Notes: generated from the letters alone by a model not told the origin. A DNA stretch of 64,000 bases from Macrostomum lignano (GCA_002269645.1 NIVC01000606.1:62001-126000), one strand, 5' to 3'; numbered from the stretch's first letter, positions 37,141-55,320 are shown. Numbers and translations: made by a program.

Positions 37141-38084
37141 GCCGAACCGTTCTTCGACTCTCACTCATTCATTCATTTATAGCCTAGAGTTCAACCGTTG
37201 CCCCTAGCAACGAATAAGATAATATGGAATGAATTCAATTGAAATCCTCAAACCAATGCTTATCCTTTCACCCAATGACTGCAGGATAGAGTAGAAAACG
37301 CTCATCATAGCTATTCCATATGCTTAACCATAGCCCTTCGAAATTCTAAATTTTGTTGAGCAAGACAAAAAAATTCGACTCTCTCCAGCACGCAATGGGA
37401 ATGAAAATTGAATAATAGCGAGCAGGCAGTCATACAGCTTTTTTTGACAGATCTACCAGAGTTGCCCCATGCGCGCGATTTCGCTATCCGTCCCTCCCAG
37501 CCTCTTGCACTTTTCAATTTTTTTCCTTTCCCCAGAGTTATAACCAGTGCGCCACACTGATTGTGAAGATGTAGCGAGCATTCTAATTTTGTCAGATTTT
37601 GTCAGTAGACAGGATCAGTAGCTATCTGGGACAGATGTCATAGTAGCGAAAATTAAAAAATAAGGTGCAGTTGAATTTTTTATTTAGAACCGAGATATTT
37701 GATTCGAAAGTCTGGAAAATTTGCGAAGCAGGAATGTACTTTACTGCTTACCCCAAACTGAAGGTGCGAAATTTTCCTTAGTCTCACCTGACAAACACAG
37801 ATCCTCAGTTTCTGCAAGGTGTCCAACATGTTAGAATGCATTGCATTGGAAATTTAATAGGATGCTGGAAGCTGAGGATTATTGCCGTCTATCTGTCCGT
37901 ACTCGAGCACTTGAGAGCTCGGAGCAGCGCTCTCAACAGATCTGTTACTGCGGGACCCATGCTGCTCCTGCTCTGCTGCTTTCGCACTTGAGCACGTGCA
38001 TGGAACTACAGATTTATGCCTTTTTATCTTTTGCACAGACTGCATACCTGTGTGTACGCACTCAGGCTGATCGCGTCTCTCCAC

Positions 38085-39876
38085 TCATCACTCACTCAAT
38101 TTCATAGATTGACTCAACTCCATCACTCACTCAGCTTCATAGATTGACTCAACTCCATCACTCACTCAGCTTCATAATAGAGTCACTCCATCACTCACTC
38201 AGCTTCATAATAGAGTCACTCCATCACTCACTCAGCTTCATAATAGAGTCCCTCCATCACTCATTCAGCTTCATAATAGAGTCCCTCCATCACTCACTCA
38301 GCTTCATAATAGAGTCCCTCCATCACTCACTCAGCTTCATAATAGAGTCACTCCATCACTCACTCAGCTTCATAATAGAGTCCCTCCATCACTCACTCAG
38401 CTTCATAATAGAGTCCCTCCATCACTCACTCAGCTTCATAATAGAGTCCCTCCATCACTCACTCAGCTTCATAATAGAGTCCCTCCATCACTCACTCAGC
38501 TTCATAATAGAGTCACTCCATCACTCACTCAGTTTCATAGATTGACTCAACTCCATCACTCACTCAGCTTCATAATAGAGTCACTCCATCACTCACTCAG
38601 CTTCATAATAGAGTCCCTCCATCACTCACTCAGCCTAAGAGAGTCACTCCATCACTCACTCAGCTTCATAATAGAGTCACTCCATCACTCACTCAGCTTC
38701 ATAATAGAGTCACTCCATCACTCACTCAGCTTCATAATAGAGTCACTCCATCACTCACTCAGCTTCATAATAGAGTCACTCCATCACTCACTCAGCTTCA
38801 AAGAGTTACTCCATCACTCACTCAGTTTCATAGATTGACTCAACTCCATCACTCCCTCAGCTTCATAATAGAGTCACTCCATCACTCACTCAGCCTAAGA
38901 GAGTCACTCCATCACTCACTCAGCTTCAAAGAGTCACTCCATCACTCACTCAGCTTCATAATAGAGTCACTCCATCACTTACTCAGTTTCATAGATTGAC
39001 TCAACTCCATCACTCCCTCAGCTTCATAATAGAGTCACTCCATCACTCACTCAGCCTAAGATATTCACTCCATCACTCACTCAGCTTCATAATAGATTCA
39101 CTCCATCACTCACTCAGCTTCATAATAGAGTCACTCCATCACTCACTCAGCTTCATAATAGAGTCACTCCATCACTCACTTAGTTTCATAGATTGACTTA
39201 ACTCCATCACTCCCTCAGCTTCATAATAGAGTCACTCCATCACTCACTCAGCTTCATAATAGAGTCACTCCATCACTCACTCAGCTTCATAATAGAGTCA
39301 CTCCATCACTCACTCAGTTTCATAGATTGACTCAACTCCATCACTCCCTCAGCTTCATAATAGAGTCACTCCATCACTGACTCAGTTTCATAGATTGACT
39401 CAACTCCATCACTCACTCAGCTTCATAATAGAGTCACTCCATCACTCACTCAGCTTCATAATAGAGTCCCTCCATCACTCACTCAGCCTAAGAGAGTCAC
39501 TCCATCACTCACTCAGCTTCATAATAGAGTCACTCCATCACTCACTCAGCTTCATAATAGAGTCACTCCATCACTCACTCAGCTTCATAATAGAGTCACT
39601 CCATCACTCACTCAGCTTCATAATAGAGTCACTCCATCACTCACTCAGCTTCATAGAGTCACTCCATCAGTCACTCAGCTTCAAAGAGTTACTCCACTCC
39701 ATCAGTCACTCAGCTTCATAGAGTCACTCCATCACTCACTCAGCTTCAAAGAGTCACTCCATCACTCACTCAGCTTCATAGAGTCACTCCATCAGTCACT
39801 CAGCTTCAAAGAGTTACTCCACTCCATCAGTCACTCAGCTCAGCTTCAAAGTCACTCCACTCCATCACTCACTCAG
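38085..39876. repeat. 33-bp minisatellite (CATAATAGAGTCACTCCATCACTCACTCAGCTT)
   Basis: Visible units; ends ~25 bp before the GPCR exon 2 acceptor. Confidence 0.97.
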
Positions 39877-39900
39877 CCTCCCCACCCTGCCATGCCGCAG

Positions 39901-40830
39901 GTGGCTTCGGTCTGGCTCACCCTGGCCTTTACCGTCGACCGCTACGTGATGATCTGCCACCCGTTCGTCGCCGAGCGTCGTTGCAGCCGCCGAATCGTCT
40001 ACTGCGTGATCGGCGCCATCTTCGCCGGAGCCGGCGTCTATTCGTTGCCGCGCGCCTTCGAACAGGTGATCTTCCGGCACGACTGGCCCTACCGGCTCGG
40101 GCTGAATGACACCCTGCAGGGCCTCGGCAATGCGTCCAGCTGGCTGCACAGCGAGCAGCTGGAGAAACTGCAGGTGTACGAGGAACTCGGCACCATCCAG
40201 TGGTTTCACACGTCCGGTTTCGGCCTGTCAGACTCCTTCCGCATCGCCTACCACCTCACCGCGTGGCTGCTGCTGGTGGTGGCTCTGCCCTTCGTCTGCA
40301 TCGCCGTCATGAACGTCTTCCTGATCCTGGAGGTCCGCCGCTCCCGCCGCCGCGGCCGTCAGATCAACGCCAGCGAGCGGCGTCGTAGCGACACCAACCT
40401 GATGCTGATCGGCGTCATCTGCCTGTTCTTCACCTGCCAGATCCCCGCCGCGGTGTCGCACGTGCTCTGGAGCGTCCGGCCGGTGCACACCAACGGCACG
40501 GTCGGCATGCCGGTGTTCACCTTCTACGAGGTGTCCAACCTGCTGGTGGTGCTGAACTCCGCCATCAACATTGTGCCGTACTATTTGTTCAGCCGGAAAT
40601 TCCGCCAGGAGTTCGCCAGCCTGCTGGCCTGCCGGCTGTTGAAGCTCTGCGGCCGCGGCGGCGAAGGCGAAGGCGGTGGCAGAGGCGGGAGGCGGCACGG
40701 GGAACAGCAGGCGGTGCCCATGGCCGAGCTGCAGCCTCTGGGACAGTGCAGCGCCGCCAGTGCCGCATGGCACGAGGCTTCAACAAAGAGAAATCGGCGA
40801 GCAAGTCAGCGAAGCATTCCGGCAAAGTAG
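39901..40830 (+). CDS. Peptide GPCR exon 2 (TM3-C-terminus)
   Basis: CCGCAG| VASVWLTLAFTVDRYVMICHP (DRY), FFTCQIP (TM6), NSAINIVPYYLFSRKFRQEF (TM7/H8). Confidence 0.93.
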   Translation: MASVWLTLAFTVDRYVMICHPFVAERRCSRRIVYCVIGAIFAGAGVYSLPRAFEQVIFRHDWPYRLGLNDTLQGLGNASSWLHSEQLEKLQVYEELGTIQWFHTSGFGLSDSFRIAYHLTAWLLLVVALPFVCIAVMNVFLILEVRRSRRRGRQINASERRRSDTNLMLIGVICLFFTCQIPAAVSHVLWSVRPVHTNGTVGMPVFTFYEVSNLLVVLNSAINIVPYYLFSRKFRQEFASLLACRLLKLCGRGGEGEGGGRGGRRHGEQQAVPMAELQPLGQCSAASAAWHEASTKRNRRASQRSIPAK

Positions 40831-40974
40831 CAGCTACTCATAGTAGCAGCAGAGTAAATTCAGGCTGAGCAACAAACGAATAAATTGATTTTTAGTGAGA
40901 GAAATTCGATGATAAATGTAAAATGCACTTTGCTGGTTTGCCAGTCTCCAACCAATTGAAAACTTTGGCTCAGG

Positions 40975-41215
40975 TGGCCAAGGCTCAGGAGGAATTGTTC
41001 AGGTAGTTGCCAAGGTTCACGAGGAATTGTTCAGATAGGTGCCTAGGCTCATGGGGAATTGTTCAGACAGGTGCCAAGGTTCATGGGGAATTGTTTAGGT
41101 AGTTGCCAAGGCTCATGGGGAATTGTTCAGACAGGTGCCAAGGCTCATGGGGAATTGTTCAGACAGGTGCCAAGGCTCATGGGGAATTTTTCAGACAGGT
41201 GCCAAGGCTCATGAA
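40975..41215. repeat. 32-bp minisatellite (GCCAAGGCTCATGGGGAATTGTTCAGACAGGT), ~7 copies
   Basis: Visible. Confidence 0.9.
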
Positions 41216-41689
41216 CCTTTAGGTAAAAAAGCTTCAGTTTTGTTAGAAAAACATCATATTGTCATTAATTAAGCCTTACCTACTTACTATTAGTCCATCG
41301 CCATAGAGTCACGTGACTTGCCCAGCCGTAATTTAAATTCGTAAATTCGTGCGGCGAAATAATGTTACACCTGTTTTTACTCATTGCTGTCAATCAAACA
41401 GTAATTAGAGAGACAGTCCTGCCAAGAAGGCGTAATTGTGTCGTTTGTTTAACTGCGCTATATTTAAATTTAAAAATTATTTTGAATTTTTATAAACAAT
41501 TAGTTTAAATAACAGGTCTGTATAACCAACTGTTGTGTATTTTTGTGTAGCTGGTCTGTTATTTGTTTTACTAGCTGAATAAAATTTGAAATAAATTTCC
41601 CGCTCTTATTTGATGTGACTCAAAACTCGGCAACTTGTTTGCAGGAGTTCTCTGCAACTTTTTTCTCTTTCAGACTGAAATCTTATATG

Positions 41690-42085
41690 AGAATGATATG
41701 AGAATGATACGAGAGTGATATGAGAATGATATGAGAATAATACGATAATAATATGAGACTGATATGAGAATGATATGAGAATGGTACTAGAATGATATGA
41801 GAATGATATGAGAATGATATGAGAATGATATGAGAATGATATGAGAATGGTATGAGAATGATATGAGAGTGATATGAGAGTGATATGAGAATGATATGAG
41901 AATGATATGAGAGTGATATGAGAGTGATATGAGAATGGTACTAGAATAATACGAGAATGATATGAGAATGATATGAGAATGATATGAGAATGATATGAGA
42001 GTGATATGAGAATGATATGAGAATGATATGAGAGTGATATGATAATGATATGAGAGTGATATGAGAATGATATGAGAATGATACA
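41690..42085. repeat. 11-bp repeat (GAGAATGATAT)
   Basis: Visible. Confidence 0.95.
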
Positions 42086-42519
42086 GTAATTTCGGTTAAG
42101 AATGGTGTGAGAACAGATAGGTAATTAAAGTCCACAGAAGCTCATTTCAGACGCATCCCACCCTCCGTTTCACCTCTGCTGGCTCTTTGAAATCTAATCA
42201 CATACCCTCGGTCTGCTTTGGCCAAGAAGCTCAGCTAGTCAGTTTGCGTGACAGCCGCTTCTGAAGGCCTACAAGTTGCTTCTTTTAATCTCTACAGCTT
42301 TGGTAGCCTCCCCTTTGCTTGCATTGCTTCAAGAAGCATCGCGTCTTTCATATAAATCTTCTAGGGGATACTTGGATGCGAAGCCGAATATCACTGATTG
42401 ATTTTTTTGCCGAGAAATTCTTTGAAGAGGCCGTCTTTGATAAGGATTAACCCTACTGTTGCCAAAGAGTTGGATGATGAAACTGTGCAGTGAATTGCAT
42501 GATTGATTTTCTAGGGATC

Positions 42520-42760
42520 AGAATGGGCATGAGAATGGGTATGAGGATGATATGAGGTGTTGAGAATGGGGATGAGAATGGGCTTGAGAATGGGGATGAG
42601 AATGGGCTTGAGAATGGGGATGAGAATGGGGATAAGAATGGGGATGAGAATTATGTTGAGAATGGGAGTGAGAATGTGGATGAGAATGGGGATGAGAATG
42701 ATGTTGAGAATGTGGATGAGAATGGGGATGAGAATGATGTTGAGAATGGGGGTGAGTATG
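42520..42760. repeat. 12-bp GAGAATGGGGAT-type repeat, related to 41690-42085
   Basis: Visible. Confidence 0.85.
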
Positions 42761-43635
42761 AAGATGAGCAGGCAAATATGAATTGTCTCTTAGTCAGGGT
42801 TCCAGAGAACTCGTTAGAAGCGAATTCCCTTCTCAGCAGCCAAAAAACAGACTCAGGCAAAGCTGCTTCCCCCGGAGACAGTCGGGCTCACCAAATCCCC
42901 CAGCGAGGCATCCCCAGTCATTTATCCCATCCGCTTCCCCAATCCCCCTGCCCCTATTCTCATTTGGTAATTGTCTCAGCATCCTATCCTGCTACATCCT
43001 AGGCCAAAGGAAATGCGTGTTTATCTACACAGAACTTCTGAGGGCAGTTGGGAGTTGGCCAAAGTCCATCTACATTGGTTTTCGTGTGTGTAATATGCAT
43101 GCAAAATTTAGTATACAGTAAGACATTATTTTCCACATTATATATTTACGAGCTATTTATCCCCGTCGTATGATAAATTATACTAAAAACGTTGAGTATA
43201 CTACTCATCTTTAATTAGAAGTAGCTAGTAAGGCAGTTCTTTTTAATGATAGTACAATAGTTTCCTAAATACGGTTGAACCCGCACCTATTTTACGGTTC
43301 ATTACAAGGTCGGAAATCATTGAGGCCTGATTTATTGGGTAATTATGGCGGCTCAAGTTTCGGTCATAAAGGCGGTGTTGCCAACTGGAAAGTTATTATT
43401 TGGGCTAGTTTAGTGCAGTCAGTCACTGACTCTGACAACTGCAAGCTTGAAGTGTTTGTTCCTAAATATAGACTCAGTGCATCAGTTCTAAAATTAAGCT
43501 TAGGTTCCGTTTGTGTAGGACCTGCTGTATGCTGTATATACGAGCTAGCTTTGGGAACTGGGCTGGAGACCCGCTCTGATAATTGCACTGCTGAGCCAAC
43601 GCTGACAGCTACCGCCGGCTCTGCGCAGGTGAGCA

Positions 43636-48030
<4,395 letters not shown>

Positions 48031-48617
48031 TGAGGCGTAGGCGTATGTACTACATAAGTTTATTATTTCTAATATTGCTTATACGAAGAAACCAAAAGTG
48101 AAAAAGAGAAAGCCAAGCCAACAGCTGGTTGCAGCGGTGCCTGCAATCGTAAAACACATTGAAGTTTTCTGATTTCAAGCTCATTCAAATGCTTTTTCGT
48201 CTAGAAGAGCCGTTGGAGAACACAAGAAAGAACGGCTCAGTGGGCTTCTTCGTAGGAGTTTCATATTTTACAGTTTTCTTCTCAATCATGCAGCTGTTTG
48301 CAGTCTATTTGCTAGAAAAGAATCAAGTGGCGTATGATTATTAGTGAGTTTCGTCAGTTTACAAAAACCGTGCTGGCTAAATTTAGTTATAAGGCACCGT
48401 GCAAGCACTGGGCGCATGCGGAATTTTATATGTTTCCTAATTCTCGTAGTTGTGACGGGAATATTAAATTTCTATAGGAATTTAAATTTTGTCTCTCCAA
48501 ATATATTTTCTAAAAGTTTCGATTTCACTTTCCATGCACTGCTGGATGCCCCTTTTTGTATTTGAATTTATTTGTAGTTTTAATAATTGTCATTTTTCAA
48601 AGATTAGATCGTTTGTG

Positions 48618-48790
48618 CTGTTGTTGCCTGTAGATTGTCTTGTTGCTTGTGCTGTTGTTGCCTGTAGATTGTCTTGTTGGTTGTGCTGTTGTTGCCTGTA
48701 GATTGTCTTGTTGGTTGTGCTGTTGTTGCCTGTAGATTGTCTTGTTGGTTGTGCTGTTGTTGCCTGTAGATTGTCTTGTTGGTTGTGCTT
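48618..48790. repeat. 34-bp repeat (GTGCTGTTGTTGCCTGTAGATTGTCTTGTTGGTT), ~5 copies
   Basis: Visible. Confidence 0.9.
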
Positions 48791-50191
48791 GTTGATTTTT
48801 TATAACTGGAGTCTTATTGTTGGCGGTGTGCCATGAGCAACATGTGGGAGGTATACATTGTCTGGATTTGAATGGCTCTACAGGAAGAAGTCTGCGTTAT
48901 GTATAAACTACGCTCCTAGACGCTTCGAAGGCGTACTCATAATTTTAAGGAAATTGCAATTGCCGGCAATTGCCCAGTGCAGCACGAAAAACGGGATTAT
49001 AGAGAAGTCAATAAAGTGTTATTGTCATGCGATCTTAAGCTTCTTTATTATCTTCAGGAAAGGCAAGCTTTCTGCTTTTTGTCAAGCAAACTGGAATCAG
49101 TGCCTGAGAACTTTCCATACCTATTGCTTTCTGCCTAGCTGAGAGCCTGGCCGTTCATGTCGGGAAAGGAATTCAAGCTTGGCAAGTTTTCCCCATTCTG
49201 TCTCTCGTCTGCAGTCACGGAATTCTCCCCGATCCTCAAGCAGTATGCGCCAGTTCCGATCTGGGAGCTTAATTTATTGATCGGAAAAGTCGCCCACTCT
49301 CCCGCTTTGAGCAGTCTCGGGAATCGGTCCTCTGGGGGTGAGTTCACTGCAGTTGTCACATGATCTCACAGACACACCACGCACTGCTGCGATCTCATTT
49401 TGGATTGTTTCAAAGCTCAACAGCAACTTTAAGCAGCAATAATCCAGTCTGATTGAAACAAAACTCTTTATCGATAGCTAAATTGTTTAAATGGCAACAG
49501 AAAAAAAGCAAATTGCATTGTGGCTAGTTTGTATTTCAATATGGAAGCCCCCGTTAGTCAATTTATACACAATATTTGGCAGAGTTTCAAGCAAAATATA
49601 ACGAGTTTATGGAAGGTAGGCACAGTGCTGCAGTATTTCCAGGGTGAGGCATTCATTAGGCTTTTCAACTTGAAAAAATGCACAAAAATCGCAGGCTCCA
49701 CAGTCACTGGCACTTTGCAGCACCTGAACTCAGACATGGGAAGGATGTTGCCATAGCAACTGTCTGGGTAATTAGCATGGCTAAAAAAGTAAATCATAGG
49801 CAATAAATCTGATTGGCATAAATTGAATAAGGCAGGTGTGTAATCAGCAAAGCACTGATTTCTTGGCAAGGCACTTAATTAGAAATTAGGTCAAAACTAG
49901 TCTGGAAAATATCGGGCATGGACAGATTGGGTTAGTTAATTCAAGCTGCATAGTTTGAATATAAAGGTAGCTGGTATTGCAAGACCGATGACGACAAAAA
50001 TTCAATAAAATGGCATTTCAGGGCAAAGTATTACATTCAGACAATCGTGTTTTTATCTTAACAATCGTTGGCTGAATCTCTGGAATCCCAGTGTGTCTGT
50101 GTCTCTGTACATTGGGAGATATGCAAGCAGCAGTTCGTAGCAGTCTTCGTCACTTGATGATTTACGACGCGGAGCCGGAGGCAGTCTGCAA

Positions 50192-50772
50192 CAGGGGTCG
50201 GCAAACTCCGGCCTCGGGCCACGTGCGGCTCCCGCAAAGCCTCTCTATCCGGCCCTCGGGGTCCTTTGAAGCTTCACAAAAGCAATCCAGCCCGCTCAGG
50301 GCTTGTGTCGCTGCTCAGCTCTCTTCTCTCTAATAGACGCTTTTCTATCTTTTTCTCTCACTTCTATCCTCTCTCTTCTCTTCTCTCCTCACCCTCCTCT
50401 CCTCTTCTCTCCCCTCCTCTCCTCTCCCCTCCTCTTCTCTCCCTCCTCTTCTCTCCCTCCTCTTCTCTCCCTCCTCTTCTCTCCCCTCCTCTTCTCTCCC
50501 TCCTCTTCTCTCCCTCCTCTTCTCTCCCTCCTCTTCTCTCCCTCCTCTTCTCTCCCTCCTCTTCTCTCCCTCCTCTTCTCTCCCCTCCTCTTCTCTCCCT
50601 CCTCTTCTCCCCTCCTCTCCTCTCCTCTCCTCGTCTCTCCTCTCCTTTCTTCTATATGTCTCTTCTCTATTCCCTTTGACCCCCTCCTCTCTCCCCTCCC
50701 CTGGCCCGCAGTCGTGCACTATAGTATAGATTCTCTGCCTGGCCCTGAGGTAGAAAAGCTTGCCAACCCCTG
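50192..50772. mobile_element. hAT/Charlie-type MITE with internal CT-rich expansion
   Basis: TIR CAGGGGTCGGCAAACT vs rc CAGGGGTTGGCAAGCT; perfect 8-bp TSD GTCTGCAA. Confidence 0.9.
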
Positions 50773-50997
50773 GTCTGCAACAACCCAGTTCGAAGAGAGG
50801 CGGCTGCATCGGACAGCTGTCCAATTCGCTGGCACCGCACCGCAGCTTACGCCGACCGTGCCTGCGCTCGTTCCGAATGATTCAGGTCGATTGCGCTCAA
50901 ACAGTCTGTTTAAACAGATTGGTTTTATCTTCTCTCACCCAAGACACACCGAACTGACTCACTATAGATGAAGAGGAAAGACGCTGAGCTTCTCAGG

Positions 50998-52412
50998 TCA
51001 AACGGAGCACTCGGCTGGTGGCGCGGTCGGCAGTCTGAGGTCAGCTCCGGGCGACGAAGGCGTCTGCGCCTCGGCGACATCCTCGCTGAGTGTTTGCAAA
51101 CCTCTGCGCTGGCCGTTGCGCCTGTTCAAGCTGCTGGAGCTGTTGCACTTGGCCACCAGCGGCATCAGCTGCGGATCCGACGGCAGGTTCGGCGGCAGCC
51201 GGCCGTTCTCGTTGCGGTGCCGATGGCGCCGACCAGCGCTGCCGGCCTCGCTGACTACTTCGTCCAGCTGCTCCCGATATGACGCATTGTAGATGCTGAA
51301 CAGCTCCGTGCACATGTCCGTCACCACCACCTCGCCAGCGTTCAGCACCAGCATGTGCACCAGGAAGACGCCATCAAAGCGGAGGAACTCGCGGCAGAAC
51401 TCCAGGCCAGCATCAATGCTGCCGGATTTCTCTTTGCTGACGGCGCCGCTCAGCCTGAGGTGCTTGATCACCGTGCTGCTGCGTCCGTATGCGCTGCAGA
51501 AGCGGAACAGCCACAGCGGCACGCTGAGCACATTCATCAAGAGCAGGAACACGAACCAGAACCATAGAAAGATGTACAGCTTCTCGTGGATCATGTTCAC
51601 CGGCAGGGCGCACTGGGCGAAGATGAACTGCGACGAGCTGGCCTGCCTGGTCTCGATGGCGCAGCAGCCGGAGCGCGGGAAGACGCCGGTGTTCTGCCAG
51701 TCCCGGCCCTGCAGCAGGTCCCTCAGCAGGTCAGCGCCAAATGTCGATGTGATTCTCAGCAGGCTGCTGTTCTTGTTCTCTGGCAGCTCAGTCAGCTGCA
51801 GCAGGCGGGTCATGAGCACCAGCTGTCCGGCCGCGTTGCAGATGTAGAACAGCTTCACCAATAGGTAGACAATGATGAGCCAGGTGCCCAGCCGCTTGGA
51901 CCACAGCAGGCCGGGCGCCCAGTTGAGGACAAAGTCGCGCACAGTTTTGCACTTGCCATTCTTGTGAATTGGCATGTTGCCGCGGATCCACAGCTCGATC
52001 TGGCGGCACAGGTGCTTCATGAGCTTCTCGCGCCTGTCGCCCTCGGCCTTCTGCAGTTCCACCGTCTGGCGGACCAGCTGGGTGAGGTCTGTGCCGGAGC
52101 GGTTGTTGATGAACAGGTACCAGACTATGCGGGGCGCGTAGCACAGAACGCCTTGCAGGCCGAGCACAAACGGCAGCCATTGGTAATAATAGATCTTCTT
52201 GTCCTTGTAGGCCTCCATCCAGCGTGGATTCTCGTTGTCAACTTTGAACTCGGCCAGTGGGACATTGTAAGTGCCCTCTGTGTAGCAGTAGTTGGTTATG
52301 TAGGCCGCCTGGCCTTCGTGCGACCCGACGATGTTGGGGATGTAGCAGATGATCGGCTGGAGAAAGTACGTCTTGACTGTAGTGACTGTGCTCATCAGTA
52401 GCAGTAGCCACA
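50998..52412 (-). CDS. inx: Innexin paralogue A, exon 2
   Basis: TTCCAG| PIICY..YITNYCY (EL1 Cys pair), YYYQWLPFVL, FPRSGCC..QCALPVNMIHEKLYIFLWFW; four TM segments. Confidence 0.95.
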
Positions 52413-52634
52413 CTGGAATATCATCATAGGGAAAGATTTTGTGTCTGCAAAAGTACTTTTTGAAAGCTACAATAGCAGCACCCTAGCTTGAGTGCGTGGG
52501 CGGTGGCAGGATTTTGGAAAATCGGTTATAAAATTTCGTCACTTACCGGTAGTAACGGAAATAAGGCCCAGAGTAACGCTCCGACTTAACCAGTCCGCCT
52601 TCGGATTTTAATTGGAGGAGACACCAGACTCAAG

Positions 52635-52920
52635 GGGCGCCAGTATTTGGTGTCTTGGTGGCGCTTCTGTCTCTTGGTGGCGCCCTCTGTCTTCTAGTGG
52701 GCGCCCCTGTCTCCTGGTGGTTGCCCCTGTCCCTGCCTCCTGGTGGGTGTCCCTGTCTCCTGGTGGGTGTCCCTGTCTCCTGGTGGGTGTCCCTGTCTCC
52801 TGGTGGGTGTCCCTGTCTCCTGGTGGGTGTCCCTGTCTCCTGGTGGGTTTCCCTGTCTCCTGGTGGGTTTCCCTGCCTCCTGGTGGTTGCCCCTGTCTCC
52901 TGGTTGTTTACTCTTGGTGG
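52635..52920. repeat. 20-bp minisatellite (CCCTGTCTCCTGGTGGGTGT) in innexin A intron
   Basis: Reverse complement CCACCAGGAGACAGGGACAC matches the 34275 family. Confidence 0.92.
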
Positions 52921-53017
52921 TCCTGTCTCCTTCTCCGTCTTCTTCTCTCCTCTCTCCTCTCTCTCCATTCCCTCCCCTTTCCCCTCTTGCCTGTGGAGTG
53001 CCAACCCTGCGACTCAC

Positions 53018-53117
53018 CCGTGATTAGGAAGTTGAGCCGATCAAACCAGTCATCCAGGCCGACATAAGTCAGCACCTCCATTTTGCTCATGCGGTCCAGA
53101 AACTCCTGAACAACCAT
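53018..53117 (-). CDS. inx: Innexin paralogue A, exon 1
   Basis: MVVQEFLDRMSKMEVLTYVGLDDWFDRLNFLIT G|GTGAGT (innexin DDxxDRL motif); phase 1 joins exon 2 in frame. Confidence 0.92.
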
Positions 53118-53741
53118 TGTCAAGCTGGTCTGCTTCTGGGGTTGAAGTCAAAAAAAGTCAGAAGGAAGACGATGAGTCTGTGTTGCAGTTTGCCGGAGAA
53201 GTGTCTATCAGTAGAGCAGTGAGCAGAGTAGTCCAGTTCCAAACGAACTCGCGGTAATTCGCATCGAGAATGCCTGCCGGACACTGCAAAATGGCACAGC
53301 AGTATTAAACGGTGGCATTTAAGCTTCTAAATTAGGGAAATCTGAAGCCACACTACTAGTTAAATAATACTCGTATATTTCTTCTCTGCACAGTTCCCAA
53401 GCTCCCAAGTTAAGCTTTTGTTTGACTAAAATACCTTTTGAATCCCCTGTGCAGACTGGAAGCAGATGGTCAGCCACTCAGTGCACTTGAGCAGCTAATA
53501 AAGCCAGTCCATATTATTCTTGGTGGCGCTGCCTTGTCCTCGATTGCCCCCCCCCCGTCAATCTGAGTAATCGGGTTCCCAACTCAAGGACACCGGATGC
53601 TTTTTGGCTCCCACGAGTCTCTTGCTGGCGGAAGCATTGAGTTTTTATTATTTATTTTCGTCTGCCTGAATTCAGTCGGTTTCGATTTACAGTGGAACTC
53701 CTTCAGGTGAGCTCAATCAACCCACTTCATAGTCAAAAAGG

Positions 53742-54291
<550 letters not shown>

Positions 54292-55109
54292 CAAAAATTT
54301 AGTAAAGTTGGCTCTTAGTCAAAAGAAATAAATCCCTTACCTTTATGGGCCCCTTTGGCAAAATTCTGGGACAGGAAACGTTTCGTCAGCCAAACTGCAC
54401 AAACACGCAATGGAGTGAACTAAATATTAGTGAGGACAATTATATGGCTAAGCCAATGGCCTCTGCTCACTCCCCTTATTACACTCACTCCTGGGTTGAG
54501 CAGACTGTGAAATATTCTCCACTTGGGAAGCAACCAGAGAAACAAAGTATTGGCTTAGCTGGGAGGCGAGTTTCCACCGAAGGTGTACACACGGGGCGCA
54601 GGTGCGGGATCAGCCAGTATTGAGCGGAGTGAGAGAGTTGGGTTATTCCTCCTGCTCCTCTAGTTGAACTTAATCGATTGATCGGCTTTCAGTCGCTCGA
54701 GTTAGAAACTCTGCAGCTTTGCTGTCCGACTGTACATGCGCGCCATTGAATTCCTGGGGCCAGCCAGACAAGCGCAATCTCTCTCTTGCTGTATAGAAAC
54801 TGAGAGTAGACAGACAGCAGCAAAAATCGATAAAATTTTAAGCGTCAATAGGCGACACTGTTTGATTCTCAAATCCGGCAGTTTGCCCCGCTGCCCCCGC
54901 AAAATTCTGTATTTTACTTTTCGCTGGAATTATAACTTACTATTTTTAATCTTCCTTTCACTGTGTATAGTAAGTGCGTGTGTACACACTTACCTGGCTT
55001 CCAACCTGCTGACTGAATTGAGTACCGCTTCTCAAAACCTCTGTTGTATGAAATTCATGGGCCAAGATTCATGCCACACAAAGACTTGAATTTCACATCA
55101 CATAAATTT

Positions 55110-55320
55110 CAATTCACATCTTATGAAGATTTGGCGCTGTCAAATTCAGATCTCATGAAGATTTTGCGCTGTCAAATTCAGATCTCATGAAGATTTGGCG
55201 CTGTCAAATTCAGATCTCATGAAGATTTTGCGCTGTCAAATTCAGATCTCATGAAGATTTTGCGCTGTCAAATTCAGATCTCATGAAGATTTGGCGCTGT
55301 CAAATTCAAATCTCATGAAG
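55110..55320. repeat. 32-bp repeat (GTCAAATTCAGATCTCATGAAGATTTTGCGCT), ~6 copies
   Basis: Visible. Confidence 0.9.
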
